DNA of 64,000 nucleotides. Origin: Candidatus Latescibacterota bacterium. GTDB lineage: Bacteria; Latescibacterota; UBA2968; UBA8231. The notes below the pieces were generated by a model. It was not told where the DNA came from. It was given only the letters and a program-made list of their open reading frames with translations, and did not search any database. This document shows positions 57,512 to 64,000 of the stretch, in pieces; within the stretch, counting starts at the first letter, position 1; each line of letters opens with the position of its first letter. The position numbers and the translations under genes were made by a program. The stretch lies in the NCBI GenBank assembly GCA_965203175.1, contig OZ241867.1, positions 5,632,001 to 5,696,000 on the forward strand. The letters run 5' to 3'.

Positions 57512-60391
57512 TCACAGACTCGCGAATATCGACAGAAACGCCAATCCCGCGACCCGCGTCTCGCGCTCTCGCCCGGTCACTTCCAAAGAACGCCTATCAA
57601 AGCGCAACCCGAGCTGGGTCGTCAATCCGTAGCCTAGATACTCTCGCTGATTGCTCAATTGCGCCGCCCACACCGTGCCGCGGAAATCTCCCGTCAGCAC
57701 GTTTTCCACCAGGACCTTTTCGTCCTGCAGCAATTCAAAAAACAGCCGCTGCTCAAACCCCAGTTCAAGCTCTGAATCCCGCATCACGGGAAAGCGGACC
57801 AACAGCGACCCAATCCCATCCCAAGAACGGCGGCGACGCTCGGCCAAGGAAAAGGGAGATTGGCTAAGGAATTCGCTTTTGAAGCGGGGCAAAATCGCCA
57901 CTGCGCCCCACGCAAAAACGCCGTCGATCTTGTCGATCAACCCCACAAAACCAGAGGTCTCGCGGCCATTGCGCCCCAACGGCCCCAGCGCACCAAGTTG
58001 CGCGTCGCGCTGGTGCCACCAGTCCCATTTGAAGCGATGCTTAGTCTTCCAGCGCCGCGGACTGGCGTACTGCCACTCAGCGTAGAACGTATTGATCCAA
58101 GTGTCCTCGGCCGCCAGCAAATCAGGCACGGCAATGTGCTGCCCGCTCGTCTGCCCAGCCGCCCCGAATTCGAGCGTCGGCACGACCCACTGCGACAGCG
58201 GATCGGGGATGGTGTCTGCGGCTTTCTTCAGCATGTCAAAGACCCGCACTCGACCGCGGTTAGGCCAATCCCGTTCAAAAGTAAAGAGACCGTAGGCAGT
58301 GTGATTTTTGCGGTCAACCTGGCGCATGTCCTGACGCAGGTAGCCGGCAGAGAGACGGATTTCCGGGTTGACCTCCACGCTGGCGTAGGCGTTGTAGCCC
58401 CAGTGGTCCTTCTTGTAGGGATAGTCGGGCAAATCGTCGTTTTCAAAGCGCTCGGCCCAGCCGTTGTTGTTGAGGTCAATGCCAAAGAGGAACTCCGGCC
58501 GGTCCGAGTGGTGGCGCAGAAAAGGCTCTTCATAGTCGGGGAAGAAATTCTCCCGGTCGCCGTTGCTGTTCTGATTGAAGTCGGAGATGAAGTCGCCGTT
58601 CTCGTCGTACCCTGGGAAAACCGCTGGGTCGGGCACGCCGTCCGAGCGCACCTGGAAGCCGCTCAGCGCAGTCGATTGCGGCGGCACCAGTCCGCCCTGG
58701 AAAAACCGCTTCTGGTCGGGGTGGCGATCCTGATCGTCGTTGTCCTCGACGAAATCGTAGAGCTTGTCGGTGGCTTCGGGCGAGTAGTCAACCAAGCCGC
58801 GGCTGTCTACCGGCTTGAAGCTAGTGGCATAGGCGTCGTCCATGCCAAAGCCTTCGAGCGAGAAGCGCCAAGGATCTGCGTGCCGCACGAGATTGAACAG
58901 CCAGCCAACCGCGTGCTCGTCGCCTTGGATCCCCGAAAACGAGCGATGCGATTCGCGCGTCGTCGAAGGGAATTGGCGGTACTGGGTACTGACGTTGAAT
59001 TCCCCATACAAGTCGAAGCCCCACCAGTCGCGCACTTCAGTAGTAATACCGGCGATCTGCGAGGCGGTCGGCAAGCCGTAATCAAAGACGACTTCGCGCG
59101 GATTGAGCTGATTCTTGACATTGCCAGCGGCCCGCGTCACCACCAAAAACTCCGGGATGCCGATGCGGCTGTTCTGCCGGTCGGAGGCCACTTCGATCCG
59201 ATAGTCATTGGCCAGCACGAAGCGGAAGCGCACGTTTTTGACGCGGGTGATGGCGTCGTCGGCCTCGTCCAACCCCAGATCCAACCGGCGCTGCAAGGCC
59301 AAGCGCAAGGTGCCCTCCTCGCTTTCGCCCTCTTCGGCAGCCAACGCGTACTGCAGCACAATGCTCTCCGCCCCATCGGCTCGCAAGAACCCACCGCGCT
59401 CCTCCCCGCCCTCTATCACCGGCGCAAAGCCAACGCTGCTGCCCGTGAAGGTGGTGTCTTTAAAAACCATCCGCACGCCGCCTTCAACCGGCACCTCGCG
59501 CTTAAGCGCCGTAGTGATCTCCACCTCCGTACCGAACAACACCGGCCCGCCCTCGCCGTCTGCGGGCGAATCATCGGACAGCCGCACGATCAGCTTGTTG
59601 AGTCGTCGGCCTAGCTGCCCAGTCGTCAGCACGCCTTTGAGTGGATTGCCCTCAAAACTCTCGCGATTGCCGGCACCATTGTGAGCATTGACCAAGGTCA
59701 GACCCAAAGTCGCGTTGGCCCCCAGATCGGCCTCCAGACGCCCGGCGATCAAACTAGTAAAGTTATCCTGCGAGGCCGTCGGAATATCCGGGTCAATCTC
59801 GACGATAGGCAGGCTTGGGCGCGAGAACAAACCAGTAAAGCGCAAATGCCGCGCCGCAAAGCTCGTCACGACCCCATTAAAGCCAACCTTGCGGAAGGTC
59901 ATCGGCGTCAGGGTAGCGAAAATCTCGTCGCCGATCATCAGCGAGTAGTTGTAGTCGCCGCTCGCATCCGAGGAGATAATCAGCCGGTTGAACCAAGTGG
60001 CGTAGCGCCGCTCTTTGGTCAACTGGCTGCTCTCGACCGTGCGCGCCTGCGTCTGTCGCCAGTCGTACACCAGCCAGCCGCGCGAGATCAGCTTGCCATA
60101 GGTATCGTAGAAATACGTGCCCTCTTGGTTGCGGTCGATGTAACGCCGGTACGGCTCCGTGGCGTAGTTCGTGTAGCGCCACTGGCGGCGGCCGTACTCG
60201 TCGAACAACTCCTGCGGCATGTACCAGCGCATGACCGTGGGATCCAACGCCCCCATCAGCACGCTTGGCCCTTGGGCATTAAAGCGGACTTCGCCCCTTT
60301 CCTGCCGCCCCAAGCGGTAGCCGTAATCCGTCTGCGCTCCGGCCTGCAAGGCCAGTGCCAAGACCAACGCTATGTTAGTTGTCCAACGCAC
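57512..60391 (-). CDS. Family A4: putative outer-membrane beta-barrel with acidic insertion
   Basis: Signal AGA|Q; DDSPADG, LANDY, RAAGNV, FDYGLP, VEDNDD, FPGYDENGD, PDYEEPFL, GIDLNNNG, PDYPY. Confidence 0.7.
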   Translation of the reverse strand: MRWTTNIALVLALALQAGAQTDYGYRLGRQERGEVRFNAQGPSVLMGALDPTVMRWYMPQELFDEYGRRQWRYTNYATEPYRRYIDRNQEGTYFYDTYGKLISRGWLVYDWRQTQARTVESSQLTKERRYATWFNRLIISSDASGDYNYSLMIGDEIFATLTPMTFRKVGFNGVVTSFAARHLRFTGLFSRPSLPIVEIDPDIPTASQDNFTSLIAGRLEADLGANATLGLTLVNAHNGAGNRESFEGNPLKGVLTTGQLGRRLNKLIVRLSDDSPADGEGGPVLFGTEVEITTALKREVPVEGGVRMVFKDTTFTGSSVGFAPVIEGGEERGGFLRADGAESIVLQYALAAEEGESEEGTLRLALQRRLDLGLDEADDAITRVKNVRFRFVLANDYRIEVASDRQNSRIGIPEFLVVTRAAGNVKNQLNPREVVFDYGLPTASQIAGITTEVRDWWGFDLYGEFNVSTQYRQFPSTTRESHRSFSGIQGDEHAVGWLFNLVRHADPWRFSLEGFGMDDAYATSFKPVDSRGLVDYSPEATDKLYDFVEDNDDQDRHPDQKRFFQGGLVPPQSTALSGFQVRSDGVPDPAVFPGYDENGDFISDFNQNSNGDRENFFPDYEEPFLRHHSDRPEFLFGIDLNNNGWAERFENDDLPDYPYKKDHWGYNAYASVEVNPEIRLSAGYLRQDMRQVDRKNHTAYGLFTFERDWPNRGRVRVFDMLKKAADTIPDPLSQWVVPTLEFGAAGQTSGQHIAVPDLLAAEDTWINTFYAEWQYASPRRWKTKHRFKWDWWHQRDAQLGALGPLGRNGRETSGFVGLIDKIDGVFAWGAVAILPRFKSEFLSQSPFSLAERRRRSWDGIGSLLVRFPVMRDSELELGFEQRLFFELLQDEKVLVENVLTGDFRGTVWAAQLSNQREYLGYGLTTQLGLRFDRRSLEVTGRERETRVAGLAFLSIFASL

Positions 60392-60394
60392 TGT

Positions 60395-61987
60395 TCACAG
60401 CTTTTCCAAACTGCCCTCGACAATTTCCACCGGATACTTATTCCGCAAATTGCGCACGAACCGCACGTAATCTCTTTTCGATTTGTCGATCCGCACGTAG
60501 GCCCGAGCGCGGCGCTGCGATTCGGCGTTGTACGGGATCTGCTCGCGCGTGCGCTCCAGGACCTTGAAGACCGAATAGCCCCGCTCGGTCTTCAACGGCC
60601 CACCCACCTCGCCGACGGCGACTTCCTGCACAGCAGCAGACAGTATGGGAAATAATCCTTGGGTATAGGCATTGAGCTGCATCTGGCCGCCGTGGTGCAA
60701 GCTGCCCTCGCGCCGGGTATGGCGCTGAGCCAACGCTGCGGCATCGCCCCCCGCGCGCAACTCGTCTCCCAAGCGCTGGGCCAGCGAATCCGACGCCACC
60801 AAAATCTCGACGATGGTCGTACTCTCGGGCCGAGCGAATTTTTCGGGATGCGCGTCGTAGAAGTCGCGCGCTTCTTCTTTGGTTACACTCACGTACTGGT
60901 CAACCTCCCGCCGACGCAATGCACTAAGCATCAACTCCTCGCTCTTAAACGCCACGGTCTCCTTGAAACGCTCGTCCTCTGCTAGACCAGCCGCGTCGAT
61001 CTCAGCACTTACGAACAGGTCGGGCAGCACTCGGCGGTGCAAAACCTCGGCCACATGCGCACTGTCAGCCGCCTGTAAACTCCTGCCGGTGAGCAGCTCG
61101 TACGCCGCCAAAAAACCACTGACAGTGAGTTCGCCGCCCCGATACGCGCAGAGCACTTCGGTTTGGTCCGCCATGACCCCATTCTCGACGAGCCGCTGGA
61201 TCGCCGCCGGGCGCGGCACCGGTGCGTACGCTTGCAGGAGCGAATCGCTAAGTGCCTGCATCCGCTCCTGGCGCTTTTGCACCGTCAGCTCTTCGACGAT
61301 AATCCGCTCCGACGCGCTCAGCGGCGCTGGAATCTCGTCGAGCACTTTGTAGATTACGTAAAAGTCCTCGTGGCCGAACACTTCGCGCACCGGCGCGGAA
61401 ACGTCCCCTATCGCCAGATCGAGCACCTGCTCGACCGTCTCCTCCGACATCTGATCCCGCGTCTGGTAGATGCCGGTGTCGCCCCCGCGCGCGGCGGTCT
61501 TCTCGTGAACCGAGTGCGCACTGGCCAACTCGTGAAAATCGTCCCCCGCAGCGAGCTGATCGGTGATTGCCCCTACTTCCTCCAAACTCTCGACCATAAT
61601 GCCGCCCAAGCGCAGAGCGCGGTGCCGACCGCTCTCTCGGTAGTACCGCTCTATTTCCTCGGGAGTAAGTTCGATCTTAGCGACGACCTCGCGCTCCATG
61701 TACAGCGCCATCAGCCGAGCGCGTTTGAAGCGGGCCAGTTCGCCTTTGAACCAACTGTCTTCAGCCATATTGGCGGCGTCCGCTTCGCGCAGGAGCAGCT
61801 TTTTGTCGATCAGGCTTTCGAGCACTTGGCGCTGTCCTCCTTCTTTCATCCCAGCGGGAATCCGCGCGTCAAACTCCCTAAACTCCGACGCAGTAATCGG
61901 CTCGCCATCCACTCGAGCCAGCACCAGCTCTTCAGGCTCTTGGGCGCAACCCAGAGCTGCAATCGCTAGCAAGCAAAAGCGCAACAC
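60395..61987 (-). CDS. SurA/PrsA-like lipoprotein with two parvulin (PPIC) PPIase domains
   Basis: GTG 61987 after GGAG/GAGG; lipobox ALGC; 'LARVDGEPIT', 'LIDKKLL..EA', 'G.DFHELA..S..GGD.G', second 'ILV...A..L..G..ALA..H..GG', 'PLKT..GY.VFK'. Confidence 0.85.
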   Translation of the reverse strand: MLRFCLLAIAALGCAQEPEELVLARVDGEPITASEFREFDARIPAGMKEGGQRQVLESLIDKKLLLREADAANMAEDSWFKGELARFKRARLMALYMEREVVAKIELTPEEIERYYRESGRHRALRLGGIMVESLEEVGAITDQLAAGDDFHELASAHSVHEKTAARGGDTGIYQTRDQMSEETVEQVLDLAIGDVSAPVREVFGHEDFYVIYKVLDEIPAPLSASERIIVEELTVQKRQERMQALSDSLLQAYAPVPRPAAIQRLVENGVMADQTEVLCAYRGGELTVSGFLAAYELLTGRSLQAADSAHVAEVLHRRVLPDLFVSAEIDAAGLAEDERFKETVAFKSEELMLSALRRREVDQYVSVTKEEARDFYDAHPEKFARPESTTIVEILVASDSLAQRLGDELRAGGDAAALAQRHTRREGSLHHGGQMQLNAYTQGLFPILSAAVQEVAVGEVGGPLKTERGYSVFKVLERTREQIPYNAESQRRARAYVRIDKSKRDYVRFVRNLRNKYPVEIVEGSLEKL

Positions 61988-61991
61988 AGCC

Positions 61992-64000
61992 TCACTCCAG
62001 ACCAGCGAATACCGTGATAAAGGTCGTGGTTTCATTCTTGCCCTTGTCGTCGGTTGTGAAAACGCCCGGCCGGTCGCTATCCTCAATCACCCGTTCGCTC
62101 AGGATACGGCCAAAGCGCAGGCCCGCTTGCGTGGTCAGCCGGTACCCCTGGTAATCGGAAGTCGTCGACAGTTGCACCGCGATGTGGGTCGAGCGCCAAT
62201 CCCCTGTCTCCTGCAAAAGCCCCACCGCCCGCAGCTCATTCTCGTCCTGCACCCGGTCGCTAAACCACAACTGCTCCACGCCGGATTCTATAACCGTGCG
62301 CCGCATGACCGGCAAGCGGGCTATCAACTGCACGGTCAGCGCCCATTCCTCGCGCCGCTCCTCGTCGACGACAAAGGGCGTCTGCCGCAAAAACTCGCTC
62401 TTGCACCTCGGCTGCAAGTCAAAGCGGCCGAGGCCGTAGCTGTAATCCACCTTGTTGATCAGCCCTAGGAAACTCGCGGTACTTTCTAGCGGTCGCCCAA
62501 TGCTGTCTCGCGGGTCCTCGGCGTTCTGCTGGAAATGCTCCCACTTGAGCTTGTTGACCACGTTCAACCCTTCGATGCCCTGATAATCGAATTGCGCGTA
62601 CGCAGTGTTGACCCAAGTGTCCTGCGCCGCCAAGATGTCGCGCACCACCGGCTGAATCGGCGCACCGACGAAGGGTGTCGGTTCGCGCCGGGCGTCGGGA
62701 ATAGTGTCCTTGGCCTGCTTGAGCATGTTGAAGACCCGCAGGTTCCCCAAGTTCGCGTAGTCCCGATCCAGCGTGAACATCGCGTAATTGGTCTCGTTAA
62801 AGGCGTCGGTCGCTTGGGACTCCTCGTCCGTGCGCCCAATGGTCAGCCGCATATCCGGCGCGAGGTGGATGCCGCCGAAGAGATTGTACCCCTGCCGATC
62901 CGGCTTGTACGGATAATCGGGCAGATCGTCGTCTTCGAAGCGGTCGATCCAATTGTTGTTATTCAAATCAATGCCAAAGAGAAATTCCGGCCGATCGACG
63001 TTGTAGCGCAGAAACGGCTCGTCGTAGTCTGGAATGATATTGGCCGCGGTAGCGTTGTCGTTTTGATTGAAGTCAGAGATGAAGTCGTTGTTCTGGTCCC
63101 AGCCGGGAAAAATCGCCCGGTCGTTGGTCGAGCCAAAGCGAATCCAATCGGGGAAGCGGTCTTGGTCGTCGTTGTCTTCGACGAACTCGTACAAATGCCG
63201 CTGGGTATTGTCGTATTGCACCTCGCCCGTAGCACTGACCAAGAAGGCCGTCGTCGAATAGGCTTCGTCAATGGCGTAGGCTTCGCCGTAGAGGAAGTAG
63301 GGAAACACATTGCGCGAGACATTGAAGTACCAGGCGTCGGACCCCTCGAAGGAAACCGCGTGCTCTTCGCCCTCGTTGAACAGCGCGGCATTGGGAAACT
63401 GGAAATAGCGCTTGTTGCGGTCCCACTCGCCGTAGAAATCAAAGCCGAGGACCCCAGTGCCCTCAATAGTGAAGCCGCCGACTAGATTGGCCGTCGGCAG
63501 GCCGTAGGAAAACTCGATCCGCTGCAAGTTCGTGATGTCCGCGACATTGCCCTCGGCCCGCCGCACCGCAATCAACGCCGGTTGCGCAGCGTCAATCACC
63601 TCGGCAGTCAATGGCGGAGGCGGCACGGCGCGCAAGCCCGTCTGGCGGTCGGACCACATCTCGACCTTAAAGTCGTTGGCCAGCACGTAATTGAAGTCCA
63701 CCGCGACAATCGTCGTCGGGTCTGGACCGACATAACCCGGATCGTTGAAGTCGTAGTTGACGATGATCCGCTCTGGGCCATCCGCAGCCAAAAAGCCCGG
63801 ACGCCGGAACCCGCCGAAGATGACCGGCCACTGCGAGCCGGGCCGCACCACCTCCTGCAAGGTGGAAACCGTCTCCTTGCCGGTGTCGAAGTCGCGGCTG
63901 GTGATCCGTACGTCGTGGCTAAACAGGGCCGCGCCCCCTTCGTTATCTTCGGGCGAGTCGTCGCTCAGGATCACCGCAATCGCCGTCAGCGGTGCCGTGC
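61992..64000 (-). CDS. Family A5 (5' end outside window)
   Basis: Frame open to the window edge; DDSPED, LANDF, RAEGNV, FSYGLP, VEDNDD, FPGWDQNND, PDYDEPFL, GIDLNNNN, PDYPY. Confidence 0.7.
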   Translation of the reverse strand, partial: TAPLTAIAVILSDDSPEDNEGGAALFSHDVRITSRDFDTGKETVSTLQEVVRPGSQWPVIFGGFRRPGFLAADGPERIIVNYDFNDPGYVGPDPTTIVAVDFNYVLANDFKVEMWSDRQTGLRAVPPPPLTAEVIDAAQPALIAVRRAEGNVADITNLQRIEFSYGLPTANLVGGFTIEGTGVLGFDFYGEWDRNKRYFQFPNAALFNEGEEHAVSFEGSDAWYFNVSRNVFPYFLYGEAYAIDEAYSTTAFLVSATGEVQYDNTQRHLYEFVEDNDDQDRFPDWIRFGSTNDRAIFPGWDQNNDFISDFNQNDNATAANIIPDYDEPFLRYNVDRPEFLFGIDLNNNNWIDRFEDDDLPDYPYKPDRQGYNLFGGIHLAPDMRLTIGRTDEESQATDAFNETNYAMFTLDRDYANLGNLRVFNMLKQAKDTIPDARREPTPFVGAPIQPVVRDILAAQDTWVNTAYAQFDYQGIEGLNVVNKLKWEHFQQNAEDPRDSIGRPLESTASFLGLINKVDYSYGLGRFDLQPRCKSEFLRQTPFVVDEERREEWALTVQLIARLPVMRRTVIESGVEQLWFSDRVQDENELRAVGLLQETGDWRSTHIAVQLSTTSDYQGYRLTTQAGLRFGRILSERVIEDSDRPGVFTTDDKGKNETTTFITVFAGLE

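Noticed and set aside
57860-60655. Long plus-strand ORFs (584 aa and 324 aa) opposite A4 and the PPIase; likewise 31698-32603, 62535-63485 and 16613-17365
   Set aside because: Antisense shadows of well-supported genes in GC-rich DNA; no motifs or credible RBS

Overview
GC-rich bacterial window, gene-dense, with no rRNA, tRNA, CRISPR or transposase detected. The gene content (FlgD/T9SS-like C-terminal domains, an '-SWGAIK' tail, expanded PhyH and sulfatase families) suggests an FCB-group candidate phylum such as Latescibacterota; this is inference only. The main feature is an envelope system I cannot assign to any known family, present twice in inward-facing orientation (191-18904 on +, 52929->64000 on -). 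It is built from two paralogous secreted families. Family A (5 copies, ~900-980 aa) looks like outer-membrane beta-barrels carrying a highly conserved Asp/Asn-rich, probably Ca2+-binding insertion. Family B (4 copies, ~640-880 aa) are discoidin/Ig proteins with a 'FTPNGD..ND' FlgD/CHU_C-like C-terminal domain that always ends in Tyr. Accessory genes are a giant TPR protein, a membrane-anchored DUF4159 protein, a TonB-C/AgmX-like lipoprotein and a SurA-like PPIase lipoprotein. Between the two loci lie catabolic genes, mostly without signal peptides: five paralogous GH-like propeller proteins (one frameshifted), a GH95-like glycosidase, two sulfatases, an enolase-superfamily enzyme, a Gfo/Idh/MocA oxidoreductase, two PhyH-type Fe/2OG enzymes with a halogenase-like HxG motif, and a DUF6785-type transporter. 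A ~4.5 kb AT-richer defence/TA islet (44.1-48.6 kb) contains decayed toxins and an ABC-ATPase paired with a putative nuclease. All calls come from motif recognition by eye; no database searches were run.
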